Assembly (NCBI RefSeq): GCF_964355755.1
Contig: NC_092674.1
Span: forward strand, 17,174,001-17,238,000
Source: Antedon mediterranea
Taxonomy: Eukaryota > Animalia > Echinodermata
Length of the DNA stretch: 64,000 nucleotides
Direction of reading: 5' to 3'
Below are positions 14,072 to 28,410 of the stretch, in pieces (position 1 is the first letter of the stretch; the number at the start of each line of letters is the position of its first letter). The translations under genes and the position numbers were made by a program. Below the pieces are notes generated by a model, which saw only the letters and a list, made by a program, of their open reading frames with translations, had not been told where the DNA came from and searched no databases.

Positions 14072-14829
14072 ACCTGAGCATTACCCATTACGCCACAAAC
14101 CAGTAGATGACTGACGAGCTGATAATATGAAATTAATGATCAATCAATGAAAAATAATGCCATGCAACTTTGTTTCTGATTTTCAAAAAGGTCCACTTCT
14201 TTAGGCCGGACATTTACAACCCTCAAAATATCTCATTTTCAAAAAAAATATTTATTTTCAATTAAAAAATAAAAGAAAAAAGAAATATCCCTAGAGGTTC
14301 GAACCCACTACTGAGAGCACTCAGACCTGAGTATTACCCGTTACGCCACAAACCAGTAGATAATTGAGGAGCTGATAATAGTCTATTTATATGAAATTAA
14401 TGATCAATCAATGAAAAATAATGCCATGCAACTTTGTTTCTGATTTTAAAAAAGGTCCACTTGTTTAGGCCTGACATTTACAATCTCACTTTCAAAAACA
14501 ATATTTATTTTCAATTTAAAAAATAAATAAATAAAAATATCCTTAGAGGGGCGAATCCACTACTGCGAGCACCCAAACTTGAGTATTACCCGTTACGCCA
14601 CAAACCAGTAGATAATTGAGGAGCTGATAATAGTCTATTTATATGAAATTAATGATCAATCAATGAAAAATAATGCCATGCAACTTTGTTTCTGATTTTA
14701 AAAAAGGTCCACTTGTTTAGGCCTGACAATTACAACCCTCAAAATATCTCACTTTCAAAAACAATATTTATTTTCAATTAAAAAAAAAAAGAAAAAAAAA
14801 TACCCGTGTAGGTTCGAACCCACTGCTGA

Positions 14830-17800
14830 GAGCTCTCAAACCTGGGTATTACCCGTTACGCCACAAACCAGTAGATGACTGAAGTGCTGATAATATGAAA
14901 TTAATGATCAATCAATGAAAAATAATGCCATGCAACTTTGTTTTTGATTTTAAAAAAGGTCCACTTGTTTAGGCCTGACATTTACAACCCTCAAAATCTC
15001 TCACTTTCAAACACAATATTTATTTTCAATTAAAAAAAAAAGAACAAAAATACCCGTATAGGTTCGAACCCACTGCTGAGAGCACTCAAACCTGAGCATT
15101 ACCCGTTACGCCACAAACCAGTAGCTGACTGAAGAGCTGATAATATAAAATTAATGATCACTCAATGAAAAATAATGCCATGCAACTTTGTTTCTGATTT
15201 TAAAAAAGGTCCACTTCTTTAGGCCTGACATTTACAACCCTCAAAATAACTCACTTTCAAAAACAATATTTATTTTCAATTAAAAAAAAAAAAGAAAAAA
15301 TTTCCTAGAGGTTCGAACCCACTCCTGCGAGAACTCAAACATGAGCATTACCGGTTACGCCACAACCCAGTAGATGAGTGAAGAGCTGATAATAGTCTAT
15401 TTATATGAAATAAATGATTAATCAATGAAAAATAATGTTATGCAACTTTGTTTCTGATTTTAAAAAAGGTCCACTTCTTTAGGCCTGACATTTACAACCC
15501 TCAAAATATCTCATTTTCAAAAAAAATATTTATTTTCAATTTAAAAAAAAAAAAAAAAGAAATATCCCTAGAGGTTCGAACCCACTACTGAGAGCACTCA
15601 AACCTGAGCATTACCCGTTACGCCGCAAAACCAGTAGATGACTGAAGAGCTGATAATAGTCTATTTATATGAAGTAGATGATCAATCAATGAAAAATAAT
15701 GCCATGCAACTTTGTTTCTGATTTTAAAAAAGGTCCAATTGTTTAGGCCTGACATTTACAACCCTCAAAAGATCTCACTTTCAAAAACAATATTTATTTT
15801 CAATTTAAAAAAAAAAGAAAAAATATATCCCTAGAAGTTCGAACCCACTATTGAAATCACTCAAGCCTGAGCATTACCCGTTACGCCGCAAATCAGTAGA
15901 TGACTGAAGAGCTGATAATAGTCTATTTATATGAAATAGATGATCAATCAATGAAAAATAATACCATGCAACTTTGTTTCTGATTTTTAAAAAGGTCCAC
16001 TTGTTTAGGCCTGACATTTACAACGCTCAAAATATCTCACTTTCAAAAACAATATTTATTTTCAATGAAAAAAAAAGAAGAAATAAAATACCCGTATAGG
16101 TTCGAACCCACTGCTGAGAGCACGCAAACCTGAGCATTACCCGTTACGCCACAAACCAGTAGATGACTGAAGAGCTGATAATACTCTATTTATATGAAAT
16201 AAATAATAAATCAATGAAAAATAATGCCATGCAACTTTTTTTCTGATTTTTAAAAAGGTCCACTTGTTTAGGCCTGATATTTACAACCCTCAAAATATCT
16301 CACTTTCAAAAACATTATTTATTTTCAATTAAAAAAAAAACAAAAAAAAACGTAGAGGTTCAAACCCACTACTGAGTGCACTCAAACCTGAGTATTACCC
16401 GTTACGACACAAACCAGTAGATAATTGAGGAGCTGATAATAGTCTATTTATATGAAATTAATGATCAATCAATGAAAAATGATGCTATGCAACTTTGTTT
16501 CTGATTTTAAAAAAGGTCCACTTTCAAAAACTATAAGAGTCCACTGACATTTACAACCCTCAAAATATATCAATTTCAAAAACAATATTTATTTCCAATT
16601 AAAAAAAAAAGAAAAAAAATACCGGTATAGGATCTAACCCACTGCTGAGAGCACTCAAACCTGAGCATTACCCGTTACGCCACAAACCAGTAGATGACTA
16701 AAGAGCTGATAATAGTCTATTTATATGAAATGAATGATCAATCAATGAAAAATAATGCCATGCAACTTTGTTTCTGATTGAAAAAAAGATCCGTTTGTTT
16801 AGGCCTGACATTTACAACTATAACAATATCTCACTTTCAAAAACAATATTTATTTTCAAAAAAAAAAAGAGAAAAAAAGCAATATCCCTAGAAGTTGGAA
16901 CCCGCTACTGAGAACACTCAAACCTGGGTATTACCCGTTACGCCACAAACCAGTAGATGACTGAAGAGCTGATAATATGAAATTAATGATCAATCAATGA
17001 AAAATAATGCCATGCAACTTTGTTTCTGATTTTAAAAAAGGTCCACTTGTTTAGGCCTGACATTTACAACCCTCAAAATAACTCACTTTCAAAAACAATA
17101 TTTATTTTCAATTAAAAAAAAAAAAGAAAAAATTTCCTAGAGGTTCGAACCCACTACTGCGAGAACTCAAACATGAGCATTACCGGTTACGCCACAACAC
17201 AGTAGATGAGTGAAGAGCTGATAATAGTCTATTTATATGAAATAAATGATTAATCAATGAAAAATAATGTTATGCAACTTTGTTTCTGATTTTAAAAAAG
17301 GTCCACTTCTTTAGGCCTGACATTTACAACCCTCAAAATATCTCATTTTCAAAAAAAATATTTATTTTCAATTTAAAAAAAAAGAAAAAAGAAATATCCC
17401 TAGAGGTTCGAACCCACTACTGAGAGCACTCAAACCTGAGCATTACCCGTTACGCCGCAAAACCAGTAGATGACTGAAGAGCTGATAATAGTCTATTTAT
17501 ATGAAGTAGATGATCAATCAATGAAAAATAATGCCATGCAACTTTGTTTCTGATTTTAAAAAAGGTCCACTTGTTTAGGCCTGACATTTACAACCCTCAA
17601 AATATCTCACTTTCAAAAACAATATTTATTTTCAATTTAAAAAAAAAAAGAAAAAATATATCCCTAGAAGTTCGAACCCACTATTGAAATCACTCAAGCC
17701 TGAGCATTACCCGTTACGCCGCAAATCAGTAGATGACTGAAGAGCTGATAATAGTCTATTTATATGAAATAGATGATCAATCAATGAAAAATAATACCAT

Positions 17801-20800
17801 GCAACTTTGTTTCTGATTTTTAAAAAGGTCCATTTGTTTAGGCCTGACATTTACAACCCTCAAAATATCTCACTTTCAAAAACAATATTTATTTTCAATT
17901 AAAAAAAAAAGAAAAAGAAATATCCCTAGAAGTTCGAACCCACTATTGAAATCACTCAAGCCTGAGCATTACCCGTTACGCCGCAAATCAGTAGATGACT
18001 GAAGAGCTGATAATAGTCTATTTATATGAAATAGATGATCAATCAATGAAAAATAATACCATGCAACTTTGTTTCTGATTTTTAAAAAGGTGCACTTGTT
18101 TAAGCCTGATATTTACAACCCTCAAAATATCTCACTTTCAAAAACAATATTTATTTTCAATTAAAAAAAAAAACAAAAAAAAACGTAGAGGTTCGAACCC
18201 ACTACTGAATGCACTCAAACCTGAGTATTACCCGTTACGACACAAACCAGTAGATAATTGAGGAGCTGATAATAGTCTATTTATATGAAATTAATGATCA
18301 ATCAATGAAAAAAAATGCTATGCAACTTTGTTTCTGATTTTAAAAAAGGTCCACTTTCAAAAACAATAAGAGTCCACTGACATTTACAACCCTCAAAATA
18401 TCTCAATTTCAAAAACAATATTTATTTTCAATTAAAAAAAAAAGAAAAAAAAATTCCCGTGTAGGTTCGAACCCACTGCTGATAGCACTCAAACATGAGC
18501 ATTACCCGTTACGCCACAAACCAGTAGATGACTGAAGAGCTGATAATAGTCTATTTATATGAAATGAATGATCAATCAATGAAAAATAATGCCATGCAAC
18601 TTTGTTTCTGATTGAAAAAAAGATCCGTTTGTTTATGCCTGACATTTACAACTATAACAATTTATCACTTTCAAAAACAATATTTATTTTCAATTAAAAA
18701 AAAAAAAGAAAAAAAATAACCGTATATGTTCGAACCCACTGCTGAGAGCACTCAAACCTGAGCATTACCCGTTACGCCAAAAACCAGTAGATAACTGAAG
18801 AGCTGATAATAGTCTATTTATATGAAATGAATGATCAATCAATGAAAAATAATGCCATGCAACTTTGTTTCTGATTGAAAAAAAGATCTGTTTGTTTAGG
18901 CCTGACATTTACAACCCTCAAAATATCTCATTTTCAAAAAAAAATTTTCTTTTCAATAAGAAAAAAAAAAGCAATATCCGTAGAGGTTGGAACCCGCTAC
19001 TGAGAGCACTCAAACCTGGGTATTACCCGTTACGACACAAACCAGTAGATGACTTAAGAGCTGATAATATGAAATGAATGATCAATCAATGAAAAATAAT
19101 GTTATGCAACTTTGTTTCTGATTTTAAAAAAGGTCCACTTGTTTAGGCCTGACATTTACAACTATAACAATATCTCACTTTCAAAAACAATATTTATTTT
19201 CAAATAAAAAAAAAAGAAAATAAATATCCCTAGAAATTCGAACCCACTATTGAAATCACTCAAACCTAAGCATTACCCGTTACGCCGCAAACCAGTAGAT
19301 GACTGAAGAGCTGATAATAGTCTATTTATATGAAATGAATGATCAATCAATGAAAAATAAATCCATGCAACTTTGTTTCTGATTGAAAAAAAGATCCGTT
19401 TGTTTAGGCCTGACATTTACAACCCTCAAAAAATCTCATTTAAAAAAAAAAAAATTTTCTTTTCAATAAGAAAAAAAAAAAAGAAATATCCCTAGAGGTT
19501 GGATCCCGCTACTGAAAGCACTCAAACCTGGGTATTACCCGTTACGCCACAAACTAGTAGATGACTGAAGAGCTGATAATATGAAATTATTGATCAATCA
19601 ATGAAAAATAATGCCATGCAACTTTGTTTCTGATTTTAAAAAAGGTCCACTTCTTTAGGCCTGACATTTACAACCCTCAAAATATCTCATTTTCAAAAAA
19701 AATATTTATTTTCAATTAAAAAAAAAAGAAAAAGAAATATCCCTAGAGGTTCGAACCCACTACTGACAGCACTCAGACCTGAGTATTACCCGTTTCGCCA
19801 CAAACCAGTAGATAATTGAGGAGCTGATAATAGTCTATTTATATGAAATTAATGATCAATCAATGAAAAATAATGCCATGCAACTTTGTTTCTGATTTTA
19901 AAAAAGGTCCACTTGTTTATGCCTGGCATTTACAACCCTCAAAATATCTCACTTTCAAAAACAATATTTATTTTCAATTAAAAAAAAAAGAATAAAAATA
20001 TCCGAAGAGGTTCAAACCCACTACTGAGAGCTCTCAAACCTGGGTATTACCCGTTACGCCACAAACCAGTAGATGACTGAAGTGCTGATAATATGAAATT
20101 AATGATCAATCAATGAAAAATAATGCCATGCAACTTTGTTTTTGATTTTAAAAAAGGTCCACTTGTTTAGGCCTGACATTTACAACCCTCAAAATCTCTC
20201 ACTTTCAAACACAATATTTATTTTCAATTAAAAAAAAAAGAACAAAAATACCCGTATAGGTTCGAACCCACTGCTGAGAGCACTCAAACCTGAGCATTAC
20301 CCGTTACGCCACAAACCAGTAGCTGACTGAAGAGCTGATAATATAAAATTAATGATCACTCAATGAAAAATAATGCCATGCAACTTTGTTTCTGATTTTA
20401 AAAAAGGTCCACTTCTTTAGGCCTGACATTTACAACCCTCAAAATAACTCACTTTCAAAAACAATATTTATTTTCAATTAAAAAAAAAAAAGAAAAAATT
20501 TCCTAGAGGTTCGAACCCACTACTGCGAGAACTCAAACATGAGCATTACCGGTTACGCCACAACCCAGTAGATGAGTGAAGAGCTGATAATAGTCTATTT
20601 ATATGAAATAAATGATTAATCAATGAAAAATAATGTTATGCAACTTTGTTTCTGATTTTAAAAAAGGTCCACTTCTTTAGGCCTGACATTTACAACCCTC
20701 AAAATATCTCATTTTCAAAAAAAATATTTATTTTCAATTTAAAAAAAAAAAAAAAAGAAATATCCCTAGAGGTTCGAACCCACTACTGAGAGCACTCAAA

Positions 20801-23800
20801 CCTGAGCATTACCCGTTACGCCGCAAAACCAGTAGATGACTGAAGAGCTGATAATAGTCTATTTATATGAAGTAGATGATCAATCAATGAAAAATAATGC
20901 CATGCAACTTTGTTTCTGATTTTAAAAAAGGTCCAATTGTTTAGGCCTGACATTTACAACCCTCAAAAGATCTCACTTTCAAAAACAATATTTATTTTCA
21001 ATTTAAAAAAAAAAGAAAAAATATATCCCTAGAAGTTCGAACCCACTATTGAAATCACTCAAGCCTGAGCATTACCCGTTACGCCGCAAATCAGTAGATG
21101 ACTGAAGAGCTGATAATAGTCTATTTATATGAAATAGATGATCAATCAATGAAAAATAATACCATGCAACTTTGTTTCTGATTTTTAAAAAGGTCCACTT
21201 GTTTAGGCCTGACATTTACAACGCTCAAAATATCTCACTTTCAAAAACAATATTTATTTTCAATGAAAAAAAAAGAAGAAATAAAATACCCGTATAGGTT
21301 CGAACCCACTGCTGAGAGCACGCAAACCTGAGCATTACCCGTTACGCCACAAACCAGTAGATGACTGAAGAGCTGATAATACTCTATTTATATGAAATAA
21401 ATAATAAATCAATGAAAAATAATGCCATGCAACTTTTTTTCTGATTTTTAAAAAGGTCCACTTGTTTAGGCCTGATATTTACAACCCTCAAAATATCTCA
21501 CTTTCAAAAACATTATTTATTTTCAATTAAAAAAAAAACAAAAAAAAAACGTAGAGGTTCAAACCCACTACTGAGTGCACTCAAACCTGAGTATTACCCG
21601 TTACGACACAAACCAGTAGATAATTGAGGAGCTGATAATAGTCTATTTATATGAAATTAATGATCAATCAATGAAAAATAATGCTATGCAACTTTGTTTC
21701 TGATTTTAAAAAAGGTCCACTTTCAAAAACTATAAGAGTCCACTGACATTTACAACCCTCAAAATATATCAATTTCAAAAACAATATTTATTTCCAATTA
21801 AAAAAAAAGAAAAAAAATACCGGTATAGGATCTAACCCACTGCTGAGAGCACTCAAACCTGAGCATTACCCGTTACGCCACAAACCAGTAGATGACTAAA
21901 GAGCTGATAATAGTCTATTTATATGAAATGAAAGATCAATCAATGAAAAATAATGCCATGCAACTTTGTTTCTGATTGAAAAAAAGATCCGTTTGTTTAG
22001 GCCTGACATTTACAACTATAACAATATCTCACTTTCAAAAACAATATTTATTTTCAAAAAAAAAAAGAGAAAAAAAGCAATATCCCTAGAAGTTGGAACC
22101 CGCTACTGAGAACACTCAAACCTGGGTATTACCCGTTACGCCACAAACCAGTAGATGACTGAAGAGCTGATAATATGAAATTAATGATCAATCAATGAAA
22201 AATAATGCCATGCAACTTTGTTTCTGATTTTAAAAAAGGTCCACTTGTTTAGGCCTGACATTTACAACCCTCAAAATAACTCACTTTCAAAAACAATATT
22301 TATTTTCAATTAAAAAAAAAAAAGAAAAAATTTCCTAGAGGTTCGAACCCACTACTGCGAGAACTCAAACATGAGCATTACCGGTTACGCCACAACACAG
22401 TAGATGAGTGAAGAGCTGATAATAGTCTATTTATATGAAATAAATGATTAATCAATGAAAAATAATGTTATGCAACTTTGTTTCTGATTTTAAAAAAGGT
22501 CCACTTCTTTAGGCCTGACATTTACAACCCTCAAAATATCTCATTTTCAAAAAAAATATTTATTTTCAATTTAAAAAAAAAGAAAAAAGAAATATCCCTA
22601 GAGGTTCGAACCCACTACTGAGAGCACTCAAACCTGAGCATTACCCGTTACGCCGCAAAACCAGTAGATGACTGAAGAGCTGATAATAGTCTATTTATAT
22701 GAAGTAGATGATCAATCAATGAAAAATAATGCCATGCAACTTTGTTTCTGATTTTAAAAAAGGTCCACTTGTTTAGGCCTGACATTTACAACCCTCAAAA
22801 TATCTCACTTTCAAAAACAATATTTATTTTCAATTTAAAAAAAAAAAGAAAAAATATATCCCTAGAAGTTCGAACCCACTATTGAAATCACTCAAGCCTG
22901 AGCATTACCCGTTACGCCGCAAATCAGTAGATGACTGAAGAGCTGATAATAGTCTATTTATATGAAATAGATGATCAATCAATGAAAAATAATACCATGC
23001 AACTTTGTTTCTGATTTTTAAAAAGGTGCACTTGTTTAAGCCTGATATTTACAACCCTCAAAATATCTCACTTTCAAAAACAATATTTATTTTCAATTAA
23101 AAAAAAAAACAAAAAAAAACGTAGAGGTTCGAACCCACTACTGAATGCACTCAAACCTGAGTATTACCCGTTACGACACAAACCAGTAGATAATTGAGGA
23201 GCTGATAATAGTCTATTTATATGAAATTAATGATCAATCAATGAAAAAAAATGCTATGCAACTTTGTTTCTGATTTTAAAAAAGGTCCACTTTCAAAAAC
23301 AATAAGAGTCCACTGACATTTACAACCCTCAAAATATCTCAATTTCAAAAACAATATTTATTTTCAATTAAAAAAAAAAGAAAAAAAAATTCCCGTGTAG
23401 GTTCGAACCCACTGCTGAGAGCACTCAAACATGAGCATTACCCGTTACGCCACAAACCAGTAGATGACTGAAGAGCTGATAATAGTCTATTTATATGAAA
23501 TGAATGATCAATCAATGAAAAATAATGCCATGCAACTTTGTTTCTGATTGAAAAAAAGATCCGTTTGTTTATGCCTGACATTTACAACTATAACAATTTA
23601 TCACTTTCAAAAACAATATTTATTTTCAATTAAAAAAAAAAAAGAAAAAAAATAACCGTATATGTTCGAACCCACTGCTGAGAGCACTCAAACCTGAGCA
23701 TTACCCGTTACGCCAAAAACCAGTAGATAACTGAAGAGCTGATAATAGTCTATTTATATGAAATGAATGATCAATCAATGAAAAATAATGCCATGCAACT

Positions 23801-24965
23801 TTGTTTCTGATTGAAAAAAAGATCTGTTTGTTTAGGCCTGACATTTACAACCCTCAAAATATCTCATTTTCAAAAAAAAATTTTCTTTTCAATAAGAAAA
23901 AAAAAAGCAATATCCGTAGAGGTTGGAACCCGCTACTGAGAGCACTCAAACCTGGGTATTACCCGTTACGACACAAACCAGTAGATGACTTAAGAGCTGA
24001 TAATATGAAATGAATGATCAATCAATGAAAAATAATGTTATGCAACTTTGTTTCTGATTTTAAAAAAGGTCCACTTGTTTAGGCCTGACATTTACAACTA
24101 TAACAATATCTCACTTTCAAAAACAATATTTATTTTCAAATAAAAAAAAAAGAAAATAAATATCCCTAGAAATTCGAACCCACTATTGAAATCACTCAAA
24201 CCTAAGCATTACCCGTTACGCCGCAAACCAGTCGATGACTGAAGAGCTGATAATAGTCTATTTATATGAAATGAATGATCAATCAATGAAAAATAAATCC
24301 ATGCAACTTTGTTTCTGATTGAAAAAAAGATCCGTTTGTTTAGGCCTGACATTTACAACCCTCAAAAAATCTCATTTAAAAAAAAAAAAATTTTCTTTTC
24401 AATAAGAAAAAAAAAAAAGAAATATCCCTAGAGGTTGGATCCCGCTACTGAAAGCACTCAAACCTGGGTATTACCCGTTACGCCACAAACTAGTAGATGA
24501 CTGAAGAGCTGATAATATGAAATTATTGATCAATCAATGAAAAATAATGCCATGCAACTTTGTTTCTGATTTTAAAAAAGGTCCACTTCTTTAGGCCTGA
24601 CATTTACAACCCTCAAAATATCTCATTTTCAAAAAAAATATTTATTTTCAATTAAAAAAAAAAGAAAAAGAAATATCCCTAGAGGTTCGAACCCACTACT
24701 GACAGCACTCAGACCTGAGTATTACCCGTTTCGCCACAAACCAGTAGATAATTGAGGAGCTGATAATAGTCTATTTATATGAAATTAATGATCAATCAAT
24801 GAAAAATAATGCCATGCAACTTTGTTTCTGATTTTAAAAAAGGTCCACTTGTTTATGCCTGGCATTTACAACCCTCAAAATATCTCACTTTCAAAAACAA
24901 TATTTATTTTCAATTAAAAAAAAAAGAATAAAAATATCCGAAGAGGTTCAAACCCACTACTGAGA
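14830..24965. repeat. Tandem segmental duplication of ~19-20 monomers (period ~5.2 kb falling to ~4.94 kb); partial third copy at ~31290-34170
   Basis: The gagctctcaaacctggg marker occurs at 14833 and 20031. Identical pseudo-ORFs occur at 18865 and 23801, with a near-identical one at 32865. Boundaries are approximate. Confidence 0.85.
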
Positions 24966-25089
24966 GAACTCAAACCTGAGCATTACTGGTTACGCCACAA
25001 CCCAGTAGATGAGTGAAGAGCTGATAATAGTCTATTTATATGAAATGAATGATCAATCAATGAAAAATAATGTTATGCAACTTTGTTTC

Positions 25090-28000
25090 TGATTTAAAAA
25101 AAGTTCCACTTGTTTAGGCCTGACATTTACAACTATAACAATATCTCACTTTCAAGAACAATATTTATTTTCAAATAAAAAAAAAAGAAAAAAAATATCC
25201 CTAGAAGTTCGAACCCACTATTGAAATCACTCAAACCTGAGCATTACCCGTTACGCCGCAAACCAGTAGATGACTGAAGAGCTGATAATAGTCTATTTAT
25301 ATGAAATAGATGATCAATCAATGAAAAATAATGCCATGCAACTTTGTTTCTGATTTTAAAAAAGGTCCACTTGTTTAGGCCTGACATTTACAACCCTCAA
25401 AATATCTCACTTTAAAAAACAATAGTTATTTTCAATTAAAAAAAAAATAAAAAAAATACCCGTGTAGGTTCGAACCCACTGCTGAGAGCACTCAAACCTG
25501 AGCATTACCCGTTACGCCACAAACCAGTAGATGACTGAAGAGCTGATAATATGAAATTAATGATCACTCAATGAAAAATAATGCCATGCAAGTTTGTTTC
25601 TGATTTTAAAAAAAGGTCCACTTGTTTAGGCCTGACATTTACAACCCTCAAAATATCTCACTTTAAAAAACAATAGTTATTTTCAATTAAAAAAAAAAGA
25701 AAAAAAATACCCGTGTAGGTTCGAACCCACTGCTGAGAGCACTCAAACCTGAGTATTACCCGTTACGCCACAAACCAGTAGATGACTGAAGAGCTGATAA
25801 TATGAAATTAATGATCACTCAATGAAAAATAATGCCATGCAAGTTTGTTTCTGATTTTAAAAAAGGGTCCACTTGTTTAGGCCTGACATTTACAACCCTC
25901 AAAATATCTCATTTTCAAAAAAAATATTTATTTTCAATTTAAAAAAAAAGAAAAAAGAAATATCCCTATAAGAGGTTCGAACCCACTACTGAGAGCACTC
26001 AGCCCTGAGTATTACCCGTTACGCCACAAACCAGTAGATGTCTGAGGAGCTGATAATAGTCTATTTATATGAAATGAATGATCAATCAATGAAAAATAAT
26101 GTTATGCAACTTTGTTTCTGATTTAAAAAAAGTTCCACTTGTGTAAGCCTGACATTAACAACTATAACAATATCTCACTTTCAAAAACAATATTTATTTT
26201 CAAATAAAAAAAAAAGAAAAAAAATATCCCTAGAAGTTCGAACCCACTATTGAAATCACTCAAACCTGAGCATTACCCGTTACGCCGCAAACCAGTAGAT
26301 GACTGAAGAGCTGATAATAGTCTATTTATATGAAATAGATGATCAATCAATGAAAAATAATGCCATGCAACTTTGTTTCTGATTTTAAAAAAGGTCCACT
26401 TGTTTAGGCCTGACATTTACAACCCTCAAAATATCTCACTTTAAAAAACAATAGTTATTTTCAATTAAAAAAAAAGAAAAAAAATACCCGTGTAGGTTCG
26501 AACCCACTGCTGAGAGCACTCAAACCTGAGCATTACCCGTTACGCCACAAACCAGTAGATGACTGAAGAGCTGATAATATGAAATTAATGATCACTCAAT
26601 GAAAAATAATGCCATGCAAGTTTGTTTCTGATTTTAAAAAAAGGTCCACTTGTTTAAGCCTGACATTTACAACCCTCAAAATATCTCATTTTCAAAAAAA
26701 ATATTTATTTTCAATTTTAAAAAAAAGAAAAAAGAAATATCCCTAGAGGTTCAAACCCACTACTGAGAGCACTCAGCCCTGAGTATTACCCGTTACGCCA
26801 CAAACCAGTAGATGTCTGAGGAGCTGATAATAGTCTATTTATATGAAATGAATGATCAATCAATGAAAAATAATGTTATGCAACTTTGTTTCTGATTTAA
26901 AAAAAGTTCCACTTGTGTAAGCCTGACATTAACAACTATAACAATATCTCACTTTCAAAAACAATATTTATTTTCAAATAAAAAAAAAAGAAAAAAAATA
27001 TCCCTAGAAGTTCGAACCCACTATTGAAATCACTCAAACCTGAGCATTACCCGTTACGCCGCAAACCAGTAGATGACTGAAGAGCTGATAATAGTCTATT
27101 TATATGAAATAGATGATCAATCAATGAAAAATAATGCCATGCAACTTTGTTTCTGATTTTAAAAAAGGTCCACTTGTTTAGGCCTGACATTTACAACCCT
27201 CAAAATATCTCACTTTAAAAAACAATAGTTATTTTCAATTAAAAAAAAAGAAAAAAAATACCCGTGTAGGTTCGAACCCACTGCTGAGAGCACTCAAACC
27301 TGAGCATTACCCGTTACGCCACAAACCAGTAGATGACTGAAGAGCTGATAATATGAAATTAATGATCACTCAATGAAAAATAATGCCATGCAAGTTTGTT
27401 TCTGATTTTAAAAAAAGGTCCACTTGTTTAAGCCTGACATTTACAACCCTCAAAATATCTCATTTTCAAAAAAAATATTTATTTTCAATTTTAAAAAAAA
27501 GAAAAAAGAAATATCCCTAGAGGTTCAAACCCACTACTGAGAGCACTCAGCCCTGAGTATTACCCGTTACGCCACAAACCAGTAGATGTCTGAGGAGCTG
27601 ATAATAGTCTATTTATATGAAATGAATGATCAATCAATGAAAAATAATGTTATGCAACTTTGTTTCTGATTTAAAAAAAGTTCCACTTGTGTAAGCCTGA
27701 CATTAACAACTATAACAATATCTCACTTTCAAAAACAATATTTATTTTCAAATAAAAAAAAAAGAAAAAAAATATCCCTAGAAGTTCGAACCCACTATTG
27801 AAATCACTCAAACCTGAGCATTACCCGTTACGCCGCAAACCAGTAGATGACTGAAGAGCTGATAATAGTCTATTTATATGAAATAGATGATCAATCAATG
27901 AAAAATAATGCCATGCAACTTTGTTTCTGATTTTAAAAAAGGTCCACTTGTTTAGGCCTGACATTTACAACCCTCAAAATATCTCACTTTAAAAAACAAT

Positions 28001-28410
28001 AGTTATTTTCAATTAAAAAAAAAGAAAAAAAATACCCGTGTAGGTTCGAACCCACTGCTGAGAGCACTCAAACCTGAGCATTACCCGTTACGCCACAAAC
28101 CAGTAGATGACTGAAGAGCTGATAATATGAAATTAATGATCACTCAATGAAAAATAATGCCATGCAAGTTTGTTTCTGATTTTAAAAAAAGGTCCACTTG
28201 TTTAAGCCTGACATTTACAACCCTCAAAATATCTCATTTTCAAAAAAAATATTTATTTTCAATTTTAAAAAAAAGAAAAAAGAAATATCCCTAGAGGTTC
28301 AAACCCACTACTGAGAGCACTCAGCCCTGAGTATTACCCGTTACGCCACAAACCAGTAGATGTCTGAGGAGCTGATAATAGTCTATTTATATGAAATGAA
28401 TGATCAATCA
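25090..28410. repeat. 3-monomer higher-order repeat, period 774 bp, 3-4 copies
   Basis: The marker agttccacttgtgtaagcctgacattaac occurs at ~26131, ~26905 and ~27679. Confidence 0.9.
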
